In this document: piece by piece, positions 42,740-54,368 of the stretch
Position numbering within the stretch: position 1 is the first letter of the stretch
Layout of the letters: every line of letters begins with the position of its first letter
Source of the DNA: Spizellomyces punctatus DAOM BR117
Lineage: Eukaryota
DNA length: 64,000 bases
Assembly (NCBI GenBank): GCA_000182565.2
Contig: KQ257462.1
Reading direction: 5' to 3' (one strand)
Position numbers and translations under genes: made by a program
Notes under the pieces: generated by a model
The model's database searches: none
Seen by the model: the letters and a program-made list of their open reading frames with translations, nothing else
What the model was told of the DNA's origin: nothing

Positions 42740-44211
42740 ATGTATTCGTCCCTGTCACTTTTCATAAACTTGGCCATCCTCCTTCTCCCCTTTGCCAACG
42801 CAGCCTGTACAGACGTCTCTACAACAGCCGTCTGCAGAAATTTTGCGACTAGTAGCGGTTTGCAGATCCAAACGGACGGTGCAAATAGCGCCGGGTTGTC
42901 GACTGTAAAGAATGGAGTTGACTTTGACAACGTCCTGGGTGCTTTCACATCGATCCTGCCTCCCGAATTGGGCTGTCAGAATCTGACAGAGATGATGGTG
43001 AGAAGCAAAGTGCCACTCTTTCGATTTGCATTGAGCTATCAGTGCCAAGAAGCTCTCCTACAATCGAGTTGCCCCGCGCAAAACGGGACAGCCAGACCCG
43101 TCCGACTGTGTCGGAACACGTGCAATACGTTCCGGGATGACATGATTGGGGTGGGATTCAACTCTGTTTGCGGGCAAAGCAGTACGGCGAATGCAGCGCG
43201 AGAAGCATGGCGAAAGAGAGTGGGAGATGTCTGCTCCCAATTGACGGATGAGCTTGGATGCCTGATGGCCGTAGATGTCGAAAGGAATAACTGCGGCTAC
43301 GGGAATACAGAGAACGGCGTCAAGCAAGCTAAAATGACTTGCCAGGACAGACAATCGGATTGTTGTGCAGTGGAATTAAAAGTGGTTGACGTCAAATCTG
43401 CGGAACAGACCGCCAAGGACGACGCATCCGACAAACTTCCATTGTTCGCGGGTATATCGGGGGGATTCTTCTTTGGGATCATTGCACTTGCAGTGTCAAT
43501 ACTGAGGTGGACAGAATCGCGAGGGGGTGGAACGAGTAACAAGGCTAGAGCATCTATCCATACTGAGCGAGCGGCAGCAGGCGCACGGGCTAGTGGAATG
43601 TGGCCCACTTCGTCCCCCGTTCCCAACATGAGACCTTTCGGGGAGGACGGACTCCGATCGCTACCTCCCACATCTTATGCGGACGACACACTCCGCTCTC
43701 CCGCACCTTATGCGGACGACACACTTCGTTCACTACCCCCCACATCTTACGATGACGACACACTCCGCTCTCTACCCCCTAAACCAAACCAGATCATCAT
43801 CACCAATCTCAAAGCCCCGTCACCCGCTTACGTCCCCTCCCAACAAGCGCCGCCATCCTCCCGTCCACCAACAGAGTCATACGCAAAACGAACACAATCT
43901 GTTGCATCTCGGTACTCGATGCGCACGGATTCGCATACGATGACGAGAAATGGCAATCCAAAGATACAAGATTTTTATCGGGCGGTCGTCACGGAGTCAT
44001 ACGACCCATTAGAGGTCGACGAGGTTTTGTTGAATGTCGGTGATATTGTGCATGTGCATAAAGTTTTTGATGATGGTAAGGCATACTGCTTTTGCTCTGG
44101 TTAGAGGTTTTTTTCTTACTAATTTTTGAATGGGCAGGCTGGGCATACGGCGTAAATACGAATACAGGACAAACCGGCGTTTTCCCACATGTTTGTTTGC
44201 AAACATTGTGA
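42740..44211 (+). CDS. Single-pass membrane protein: signal peptide, Cys-rich (Frizzled-CRD-like) ectodomain, TM, Pro-rich repeats, C-terminal SH3
   Basis: MYSSLSLFINLAILLLPFANA; SCP..PVRLCRNTC; TM LFAGISGGFFFGIIALAVSIL; SH3 SYDPLEVDEVLLNVGD..FDDG|WAYG..GVFP after one intron. Confidence 0.85.
43643..43780 (+). repeat. Four coding tandem repeats (33-39 nt), consensus DDTLRSLPPTSY
   Basis: GACGACACACTCCGCTCT-type units encoding EDGLRSLPPTSYA/DDTLRSPAPYA/DDTLRSLPPTSYD/DDTLRSLPP. Confidence 0.9.
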
Positions 44212-45054
44212 AGCTCTGTTACATACGTAGCTAGAATTACTGTAGAGCACATCAGTGTAGAATCTGTACGTAGGGAGCTGGTCTCTTTTGTTTTCATATT
44301 GTTTTTTTTTTTTTTTGCCGTTTTCTATTAGTATGGTGTGATCCATAGATCTTAGAACTTTCTTTTGCTAGATTTGTAAGATATAGTTTGTACATGTCCT
44401 TGTTTGCATAAAAGTGGATCGTTTAGATACATGGTAGCATTCTGAACGTCTTGGAGACTCATTTTTTGCGTCTGTTATTGTCTTGCCAAAAAGGTATACT
44501 TTTCGACATTTTACAACAGGCAACAAAGAGAGAACAAAATGTTTGACCGCGGCACAACCGACAAGACAATCCCAAAGTGCATCTGTGGTTGTTATAAAGG
44601 TCCGTTCTATTCTTCGCACCTGTAGAAAGAATGTACCATGGCCACTCAATTGTAGTGAGGGTGTACAGGGTAAATGGTGCGGGAGGGATTTGATCGTTAT
44701 GTCTAACGCACTGGCCGGTTTCATCCCCTTTGGGTTTTGCTTATAGGGTTGCAGGTGAAAGCGGACAGTGGGCATGACAGACCCATTGCATTGGCACATG
44801 GGGCCCAAGGAAAGAAGGAACAGGGCATCCCGAATTGAACGGGATTTTATTTCTTGCAATGGGGTCACGTGGTTGTGGTTCAAATGCTGACTACTGGCTG
44901 ACGAGATCCGATGGTTGATTGCAGCATGTTAAAATTGCAGTTTACAATGTACTTTCAAGTCTAATCCGAACAGGACCTTTGAAGCGTCGGGACACTATCT
45001 ATTGCAATCAGAACATACTTGCTAATCACAAACATATCTACAAACAGCCACATT

Positions 45055-46963
45055 TCAAACCCTCCCATATCCAAACATTCCCGGCCCAGCAACCCATCCC
45101 CCACTAATCACACAATCCTTCTTGTGCACGCCAGCATGCGCCATCATACACTCTTCGGTACAATACCAAACCAGTACGCCGCTCGAGGCGCATATCTCAC
45201 ACTTAATGGGCTCGGACACTGAGCTCATGCAACAAAACGTACATTGGACACGAAGATTCACCCTTGAGCGGCGGGAGAGGAGCATACGAGGTTTGGAAGG
45301 TTTTTTGGTGGGTAACTTGGGGGAGGGTGCGAGAGGGAGGAGACGTTTGAGAGCGGCGGATGAGTATACGGTTTGAAGAAAGGGCTCGATAGTCGGGATG
45401 CAGGGTGAAAGTGACTGGACGTTTTTTCGGGAATTGTCGAGGTCAATAAGAAAGGGCCGACTTAGAGAGTGGGTTTCCAGGAGAGTGTGCGCGATGGGTT
45501 CTTGTCGTCGTTCGACTTGGACGATAGCAAGCTGGTGTGGATCAGAGTCAGGACCAATAATCGCTTGCCCAGACGGATCATCCGGTGAACATACCTGGAG
45601 GGCTACGACCCGTGCAAAATTTGTGTCATTGTCTGCCAACGCACGCTCGAGTGCCACTGTGAGGTACTCTACAGCTTCCTCCAACAGCTCCCGGATGCTT
45701 ACTACTCCCTCTGCCTGCAGAACATTGCCGGTGCCTGGGACTGCCACTGCTACTGGAGGACTGGACGCGTCGTCAGATCCACCCGCAAGATCAAGAGCGT
45801 AGCCGTAAGCCAATGAACCAGCTGCCAGAAAAAGTCGTGCGTCCCGCGCAGACTCTGATGGGTCGAGAGATTTGTTGGGTTGGTCTTGCTCGAGCTGTCG
45901 AGCGATCTTGATCACTGCGCGAGCATGATTTAAAAGTTCGCAGTTGGGATAGTGCAGGGATCTGCCGCATTCTGTGAGATGAGAGCGGATGGATCTGTCA
46001 ATGAACCATGATGAGGATGACTTGCACACGATTATCCAGTAAAAGGCGGGGGACTCACTTGAGCAAGAGCGGATCGACTTGAAGTTCTCGGTCAACTTTA
46101 CCAAAAGGCCACTCGACTTGCAATAAATCGATGGTCCTCAACCACGCAGCATACGCACCATCCAGATCCCCAAATGCTTGTAGCGCTCGCCCCAACGCTT
46201 CTTGTGCGAGTATGTGGGATTCGGGATCGGCACATGCTGACGGATCGACGCTGGCACCCTCGTCTTGAGCCTGCCGAACGGCTTCCACAAGAGCGACTTC
46301 GTGTAGAGTCACCCATCTTGTAGCCAATTCGACAGCGAGCTCAGTACAATCTGACAATGCCAAAGCGTCATCGATTGCATGCAGGAACACCTTCCGATGC
46401 TCACTTATCGAAAGCGGGATGTGCGATAGATGGGAGACGTTGAATTTGAGGCGGTCAAATGCAAATGTCGCACACAGATGCATGTGCAGGCCGTGACGGG
46501 CGTTCCCGGCTTTTGTCATGACGATACCCAGCGCCTGTGCTATGCGTGCGACACTTGCTACCGCGCTGGCATGTTCCGCGTCGACTATCATGCCACGTGG
46601 GAGAATGCTATCAAGCACCTTGTCATCGTCGTCACCTGGCCTCTCGGGGTGATGGGTGATCCACCTTGTCAGTCCAATGCCAGCGTCCAACGCAAAGAGT
46701 GCTCCAAAAAGGGCTTCAATCCCGTCCAGCGGGTTCCCCAGAGCACATTTCAGACGCGCAGCGTGATAAAGCGCGTCTGCGTAGATCCATGTTGCGTCTG
46801 GCGGAGGGTGAAGGCTGTAAACCCAGTCTGCAAGAGGTTCTAGCGAAGCGTCATTGCTGCTGACAGTGGACAAGAGACAGGATGCTTCTGACAGAAGGGA
46901 CGCTGTGTTCTCTAGAGGATCTTGAATGCGTTCCAAAATGGTCCTTGATGGGGCTGCCAACAT
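45055..46963 (-). CDS. Helical (TPR-like) protein with C-terminal MYND-type zinc finger, multi-exon
   Basis: CTFC..KCEIC..WYCTEECMMAHAGVHKKDC; Ala/Leu-rich helices (EALGRALQAFGDLDGAYAAW); introns join the two long ORFs in frame. Confidence 0.7.
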
Positions 46964-47517
46964 GTCTTCATTTCTCGTTTTACTTTTCAGCCCACCTAAC
47001 CCTCAAGCTTTTGCTTTCCAACAATCAATCATCAAAGATATCCATCACACACACATCACACACGCATGGTTGAACACACACATGAAAAAATCTATCTGTC
47101 CCATTATCCCCCAGCGAGATTCGAACCGTGGAACTCCATACCTGAAAGGTTAAATGCAACACGTGCCAAGTATCGATAAGATATTCTGAAACACAGCCAC
47201 AAGTTTAGCCGCATGGGCGCCTCGAGTCACACATACGGCCAAACTTTATTGGGGGATCCAATCTAAAACAAAACTCTAACGGGCTTTGAGGATCTTGTTT
47301 ACGACGGCCCATGGATTTACAGATAGTTGGGTTGCAGTAAATGACATGTAAATATCCGATGCATGATAGAAACCAAGGGATATCCCCCAATGTAAATAAA
47401 TCATCGGAAGATAAAAATAGTGACATTTGCCAAGATATCTTCTATTTTGAGTGACGACAGACTGACGGTAAAGGAGACAAGACAAGTGAAAAATGCGGCT
47501 CGGCCGTTTGATTTTTG

Positions 47518-47620
47518 ACGCGTTTTTGTCACCGCTTCTGGGAGGCTTTCGGCGTGCTTTTGCGCCCTTTGGGTGCATTTGCGCAGCATGCATTGGCAAA
47601 CGAGATTTCTTGTATAAATA
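47518..47620 (+). promoter_or_regulatory. PSA1 promoter: MCB ACGCGT (47518) and TATA box TATAAATA (47613)
   Basis: Exact motifs about 220 and 125 nt upstream of the ATG. Confidence 0.5.
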
Positions 47621-47740
47621 GAGCATCCATCGTTCTCCCCAATTTTTTCATTGACACTCGGCAAGCAACAAGCAAAGCAGCAAAGCAAGCAGCTCAAGCA
47701 ACAAGAACATTCAAACACACACACACTCTCTCTAATCAAC

Positions 47741-48823
47741 ATGAAGGCTCTCATTCTCGTCGGTGGTTTCGGCACTCGTCTTCGCCCCCTCACCTTCTCC
47801 AAGCCAAAGCCGCTGGTCGACTTTGCAAACCGCCCCATGATCCTTCACCAGATTGAGGCACTCGCCAAAGTTGGAGTCACAGACATTGTCTTGGCAGTCA
47901 ACTACCAGCCACAAACCATGGTCGATGCCATGGAAAAAGTCGAACACGAGTTCAACGTCAAGATTCACTTTTCCATTGAGACAGAGCCTCTTGGAACTGC
48001 TGGTCCATTGGCTCTCGCTCGCGATGTGTTGAACAAGGACGATTCCGCATTTTTCGTTCTCAACTCGGACGTCATTTGCGAGTTTCCCTTCAAGGAAATG
48101 TTGGACTTTCACAAATCCCACGGCTGCGAGGGCACGCTCATGACAACTCCCGTTGACGATCCTTCCAAATACGGTGTTGTCGTACTCAAGGAATCCACAT
48201 CACAGATTGACCGATTCGTAGAAAAGCCAAAAGAATTCGTCGGAGACTGCATCAACGCCGGAATCTACATCTTCAACCCATCCATCCTTAACCGCATCGA
48301 GCCCAAACCCACTTCCATCGAAAAGGAAATATTCCCACACATGGCCCGCGACGGTCAATTGCACGCCATGCCCCTCAAGGGATTCTGGGCCGATGTCGGT
48401 CAACCAAAAGACTTTCTCACAGGAACCGCACTCTACCTCAACTCCTTGGCATCACACACCCCCGAGACACTTGCATCCGGTCCACAAATCGTCGGCAACG
48501 TCCTTATTCACCCATCCGCAACAATTGGTGCCGGATGCAAGATTGGCCCCAACGTTGTTCTCGGACCCAACACCATTATTGGCGACGGTGTCCGTCTCTC
48601 CGACGCTGTCATCATGGACGGCTCCCGCGTAAAGGACAATGCCTTGATTCGCGACTCGATCGTCGGCTGGTCATCTTCCGTTGGACGGTGGTCCCGATTG
48701 GAGCGAGTGACCGTCCTCGGTGAGGATGTGCACGTCTCCGATGAAGTCTATGTCAATGGAGCTTGCGTCCTACCCCACAAAAGCGTCGGCGCCAACATCC
48801 TCGAGCCAAAGATTGTCATGTAA
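47741..48823 (+). CDS. PSA1: Mannose-1-phosphate guanylyltransferase (GDP-mannose pyrophosphorylase), intronless
   Basis: [50 protein letters not shown], hexapeptide repeats, LPHK..PKIVM*. Confidence 0.97.
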   Translation: MKALILVGGFGTRLRPLTFSKPKPLVDFANRPMILHQIEALAKVGVTDIVLAVNYQPQTMVDAMEKVEHEFNVKIHFSIETEPLGTAGPLALARDVLNKDDSAFFVLNSDVICEFPFKEMLDFHKSHGCEGTLMTTPVDDPSKYGVVVLKESTSQIDRFVEKPKEFVGDCINAGIYIFNPSILNRIEPKPTSIEKEIFPHMARDGQLHAMPLKGFWADVGQPKDFLTGTALYLNSLASHTPETLASGPQIVGNVLIHPSATIGAGCKIGPNVVLGPNTIIGDGVRLSDAVIMDGSRVKDNALIRDSIVGWSSSVGRWSRLERVTVLGEDVHVSDEVYVNGACVLPHKSVGANILEPKIVM

Positions 48824-49135
48824 AACAAACCATCTACTCGTCGTCTCCTTTCTCTTCTATATATATATATATCTCTCTTGTGTGTTGTGTTCTCTATCCT
48901 AAGTATATAGTATGAGGATGGGGGGCATGTTTATTATACATATGGGCGCTGTCTGTGTGTGTTTAGTGTGTTTATCCTAATAGGCCGCTAATATATAATA
49001 TCGAAAGGCAATTTTCGCATGACAGTTATTGCAAACTCTGCAAGTGAGTCTCAGAAGCCACGGGAATCGCTATCACGTGGGTATTATACCCACGTGACGA
49101 CAACTTTGAAATAAGCCTCTAGTTTCAAACCATCT

Positions 49136-51003
49136 TTATACAGTCCAATCCCACATGATAAAAAGCATGTACATGCCCAAACTCATACCCAAAACCTCTC
49201 CAACAAATCTCCCAACTAACCTCCACGTCCTGGCATCAACCTTCCACCTCTCCCCAACGTTGCTCCGTCGTCGTGGGAGCCCACTCAGCTGATTATACCC
49301 AAACAAAGGAATCTCAACGTAGGATACCGATTTTCGGCGTATTTGATAGGCAGAGTACGGAATGAGGAGGAGAAATGTTAAGATGGCGAGAAAAATGTAC
49401 CAAATGTAAATACGTAGTTGAGGTGCAAGTGTACAGGCCTGGAGGGTGGGGCTTCCTGCTTGGGGAAGGGTTAGGAGCGCAAAGCCGGGGTAGTGATTGC
49501 CCTTTGTGATACAAGTATGTAAGAAAAAGCACAGAAAACCAATAAAGAGTGAAAAAACAAACCTGCATCCAAGAAAACGTTGCAATGGTATGCTATCGTT
49601 TCATTCAAAACATTAGCCTAATCGCCTCAATAAAATTTATAAAAGATGGACATGGAAACGGACCTCGATGCTCTCCACACCGCCAACTCGATGAGTATAT
49701 TCGCCTAAAAGAGAAAACGCTCAGCATCCATCCCACATATCAGCAATCACATCCGAATAACATACACCAATCGTGATCGTCTCCGGATAACACGATACTG
49801 GGTCGAATCTTTGTCAAAATTTCCTCAGAAAGAGTCTCTACAACTAGGTCTGATTCGAGCCCGTTAGTATCGCATGTCAGGCAACACTAGACAATATCAT
49901 ACTTTGGTATTGATAGCCCGCGCCTTGATGTATTACGGGGTGTCGTCGTCCTGGGCCGCATCCGGCGTCGTGGGAGCGAAAGAGTGGGATGTGTGTCAAT
50001 AGTACACGGGATTTTTGGGAGGGATCTTGTATCTTTCTAAGTACATGGCGACAAGAATGTGTTTAAATAATTGGTCAAGCTTTACCTTTGAAAGAATCCA
50101 AAAATGTGCGGGCTTTGTCGTAATGTATTGGGCCGGGGGTTCCGCTCAGGCTAACAGTGTCCAGAGCAACTACAGTAAAGTTGGCAAGGTCGACAGCGTA
50201 GTTGGGTTCGCCAAATGTTTTGCGAAAGCGGGCGTAGGCGTCTGGGAGGACTGACATGGGTCCCGTCAACCATGGATGGGAAAGACGTACACCTCCACTA
50301 AGGATCACTTACCTTTATTGCCAAACCCTATATCGTGGTTCCCTGCCACCCACAATACCCGCGTCTTTGGACTTCGTATCCAGAATACTCTGCGCACCCT
50401 TTGTAGCTCTTCTTCGAAACTGGCCACCCAACTGTTACTTTTATGACCATGACGGGGAACTTTCAAGAAATTAAAACTTACACCTGATCATCCGCCCATT
50501 CCCGCCCTCCATCCATGATATCCCCCAAGAAAACCACTACATCGGGCTCCAATTTCGATTGAAGGACCTTAAAGTTCCGCTTCATGTACAGATCAGAGTA
50601 GAACTGGGTCAAGGCGAGGCCCAGTCCCTAACAGATAGAAAAGAGTGAAAACTGAGCGGTGGGCCAACAATTATATGGTCGGCTGGATGCTGGAGATCAT
50701 GACTTACGGATTGGGAATAAGAATATGCATCGGTCAACTGTGGATCTGCAATAACGACCACTCGTATTGGGTTCGCTCCATCCTGTTTGTAACCCCCTCA
50801 CATCATCAGCCCAACTTTCTCACAAACGATCAGCCATGAACCCGTCTAACCTGATCACTAGCCGGCCAAGAACACCGCCCGATATACGCCCTCGATAACC
50901 AAACTTCGCAGACAAAGACGTTTACAATCCATAATAGGACAAACGGGTTATAGATACTGAGACGGATGAGGTTTCTGGATACGGAGAGGAAGGCGCGATA
51001 CAT
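49136..51003 (-). CDS. CDC1: Cdc1/MPPE1 (PGAP5)-like metallophosphoesterase, multi-exon
   Basis: N-terminal TM, IADPQLTDAYSY, FLGDIMDGGR, GNHDIG, LLTHIPL, VLSGDDHDWC, C-terminal TMs. Confidence 0.85.
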
Positions 51004-51142
51004 GTTGCGGGTTTTGGGTCTCCTAATAATGTAAAGGGATTAGCGACCTGTCGTGGAAAAACATGCCTTATAGTGTCATGTTACTTACATCCCGGCACTT
51101 CGCCGTCGTTTAAGTCGTTGGGCTTCATAAAAATCGCTGGAC

Positions 51143-54018
51143 ATGTGCTGCTCACTACCAAACAAGCCGGTCGTGATCAGATCCCCCCCTCCCAGATCGT
51201 ACAATACCCAGGGTCAGTAAACCGTCAAAAAGTTCCATAAACTCGTCTCAGTTCCTGCTCCAAAGCCGTAATCACGTGACAGACGCGGTTGATGTCAACA
51301 AGGAATTGACCTTTCACTCCGCCTTTGACCAAGCTTCCTTTTCCTCAAACATGAGCGCCATCCATTGCTTCTTCTGCGGAGGGAAGGACTGTAAATGGGA
51401 AAACTGGAAATTATGGGCTGAAAAAACGAAAAACAACGCCATTGATGGATTATATTCAAATTGGTAATTCATTCTAGAGTTTTAATCCAACCATCACCTC
51501 ACTCACGCAAGTTTTCTTGACACTGAAAGGATAACAGAAAATATCCTAGCCATGCAGCGCCCTTCCACTCGTCTCATATCTGAATACAATCTCACCAGCA
51601 AGTTCCGACAACTGGGCATTGGGTCCATCTTCAATTTGGAAGAGTTTGGCGAGCATGCGAGTTGTGGTGATGGTATTGAGCTTACGAGTGGGTTCAGTTA
51701 CCTTCCCGAAGTATGGATGGATGCTGGAGGTAAATATTTGCTGTTTGCTATCAAGAGTTCTGATTGTTGAGTACGAGTGTGTTGATTGATCTATCGTACG
51801 CAGCGTTTTACTATAACTTTGGATGGTAAGTAATCCCCATTGCTCTGTAAGCTTTGCATTCCGCACTTCTAACTTTTTGAAAAGGCAAGACATGGTATTC
51901 ATGATCCATGCCTTGCTACTTTTTGCATCTCATCCTGACCGTCGTGCATAGAACGTGCCTGACTTTAGCCACATGCTCAGTATCGCTCAAGTCATGGCCT
52001 ACGCGCTCGAGGAAGGACAAAAAGTCGGTCTGGAATGCTGATCATATACTCATTGATAGTATCCTCTAGACCCTTATTCACTCCCACGTACTTTTGATTA
52101 GATTGCGGTGCATTGTCATGCTGGCCTAGGTATTTAACATTGTCCAAACTCACATGTGAGAATGAACGTCTGATGTTTATTGATGTAGGAAGAACGGGAC
52201 TGGCAATTGCCTGTTACCTTGTTTATGGACTGAACATGGACGGGAATAAGGCAAGTATGAATTGAAATGCAGTTCACAAACTTTTTAAAAAACTCATTGT
52301 AATCTCAATAGGCCATCGAACTCGTCCGGAAACAAAGGTATTTCATTGCAACGACGCCCAACCATGATTGTGGTTGATGCGAAGCCTCCAAAAGACCTCT
52401 TTCAGTCCAAACCCGTAAACAGGCTCTCTTTGTCCTGCAATTTGAAGAATACATCAAACCATTCAAAGTCTATTTTCCGGGGATATGCTCCAAATCTCCC
52501 ACCGAGTACTCGAGCGTCAGTTTAATAACCTTTGAAACGTTTTTGGAGAATCAGCGTCGGTATTTTCATGGCAAGGAGCAGAGGCAGTTGAGATTTGTTC
52601 CAAAGGTGTGTACTTTCCCAACGACGTGCTGGGTTTCAAAGTTGGGAATGTGACATTGACCTGGAAGTTTTGGTAACAGGTGATATGGGCGATCGTGGAA
52701 AAGTTGACCGAGATGTGCGAGAAGGAGGATATGGCGACGAAGGTGGTGGATGCGTTTAGGTATTTTGAGGGATTGGCAGTGGTGCCGGAAAAGATGATTG
52801 ATCTCCAGGTAAACGTTCAAACCTAACCATATCTCGCCAGTTATTCGATATCTAACATCCCCAATCTTGCATCAAAGGCAGAAATCAATTCTGGAAACTG
52901 GTCAATAGTCAAGTCGTTCACTGATGCGATTCCTCTCGTTCACACGCTCCTATATTGGATTACATCTCTGAAGGTACCGGTCATGTTTCCTCTATCAATG
53001 TCGTTTCACTGCACTCAATGTCAGACAGGATCCTCTCGTACTATCCACCCACTTGGCATCCCTTCAAACCAGTGACCACCTTACGCTCCTGCATCAAATG
53101 GACAAAGGAACTCTCTACACACTAAACACCCTTCTCAACCCATTTCGAAACGTATGTACCCAGTAAATCTTGCATTCGCTCAACGCAATCCCACCTTGAC
53201 ATTTTTTCCTCAACCAGATCAACACCTCGTCCTCCACTCTCCGCGAAGTATTTACATCGCTCGCCGTCATCACAACCCATCACAGAACATCTCTCAAATA
53301 CCCTTTCAAACCGCAGTTAATCTACGCCAAAGACATTTTACCCCCGCTTCATGGGCAGAAAAACTCAAAAGCCCGAAGTAGACAAGCATCTGAACGGCCT
53401 GTTGAGATTGTACCCACGCAGAATGAGGATCCGGGTGTCTTGATGGTTGATAAAAGCGAGCTGGAGCCTTTAATCGCATTTCTAAAATATTTGTATGAAA
53501 ATTGTCGGGCGGGTGCCGATGGGCGTCCTTTGTCGGAGGACGTGGATGCGGGTGGTGATGAAGGCGAGGAAGATCAGATGAGTGGTATTGGGCCGGCGGC
53601 ATTGGTTCAAGAGTCAGCGGCGGCGGGGAGGGACGTGCGGACTTTACAGGTGAATCCATTTTCAACTGCTTCTATTACTCTTTTGCAATATCGACTAACA
53701 TGACGTCCTCGAACATTCCAGTTGACACCCATGACAAGCACACCCTCTCTTACCGCCCTCCCCTCCTCCCCACTCACATCTCAACCCCCGCAGACACCCC
53801 ACCCATCAACTTATTGGGCTAGCATCCTCATCCTCCTGGACACGCTGGCAGAAGCAAAAGCTTTCAGCGAACCCACCAGTCACAGTTTGCGTAAACTGTG
53901 TTTGCAAAAGTACCAGGGGATTGAGATTGCTTATGAAGCGTACGGTCGTGAGGAGGTTGGGGAGGCGGAAGGGTTCAAGAGGTTTATAAGGGCTCTGACG
54001 GATTTGGTCGAATGTTAG
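51143..54018 (+). CDS. PTPDC1: PTPDC1-like dual-specificity protein phosphatase, many exons (start may be 51351)
   Basis: CFFCGGKDCKWENW, NAIDGLYSNW-ITENILAMQRPS, GEHASCG, FSYLPE, catalytic HCHAGLGRTG, SVQTRKQ. Confidence 0.88.
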
Positions 54019-54150
54019 TTTCTGGGTGAATTGTAGCTTTGTTATAAAGGTAGATGATGGGCAATGCATATCACATATAGAATAGATGCAAACGCAGTAT
54101 TATGTGCTTTTGGTTTTGGGTAGTATGTTCCGTTTTCGCCCTTTTCGTTG

Positions 54151-54275
54151 GAATTCAGTAAGGCGTCCCGCCGAAACCTGGTGAGTTTCCCACAGTGGTT
54201 CAAACGCCTTGCTGATTCTCGGCAACCCGCTCAAGTATGGCAAGGGTGGTTGACAAATTTCCAGCCTACCAAGGC
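54151..54275. ncRNA. Candidate structured RNA element between the PTPDC1 and UTP11 3' ends
   Basis: 15-bp stem GAATTCAGTAAGGCGT/ACGCCTTGCTGATTC enclosing a GAAAC/GTTTC hairpin, followed by two more hairpins. Confidence 0.35.
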
Positions 54276-54368
54276 ATATCCACTACACTATTCACGCTAG
54301 TCGTGCTATTCTATAAATACAATGACAAATCTAACGCCATGGGCTAATATACAAACTATTTACCATCG

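Noticed and set aside
42163-42948. 261-aa minus-strand ORF with poly-Lys
   Set aside because: Poly-Lys derives from a promoter poly(T) tract, and the ORF overlaps the real + strand gene.
44715-44790. Two hairpins in the spacer between convergent genes
   Set aside because: Short stems that depend on G-U pairs, with no H/ACA or C/D boxes; compatible with chance.
47105-47140. GGTTCGAATC (tRNA B-box / T-loop) on the - strand
   Set aside because: The T-stem does not pair and there is no acceptor, D or anticodon arm; at most an isolated TFIIIC-like box.
47741-51003. PSA1 and CDC1 as a mannose/GPI gene cluster
   Set aside because: Only two convergent housekeeping genes, with no shared promoter or further pathway genes.
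54159-54210. Hammerhead-ribozyme-like layout (GGCGUC...CUGGUGA...CAAACGCC)
   Set aside because: The core deviates from CUGANGA and GAAA, and stem I cannot form.
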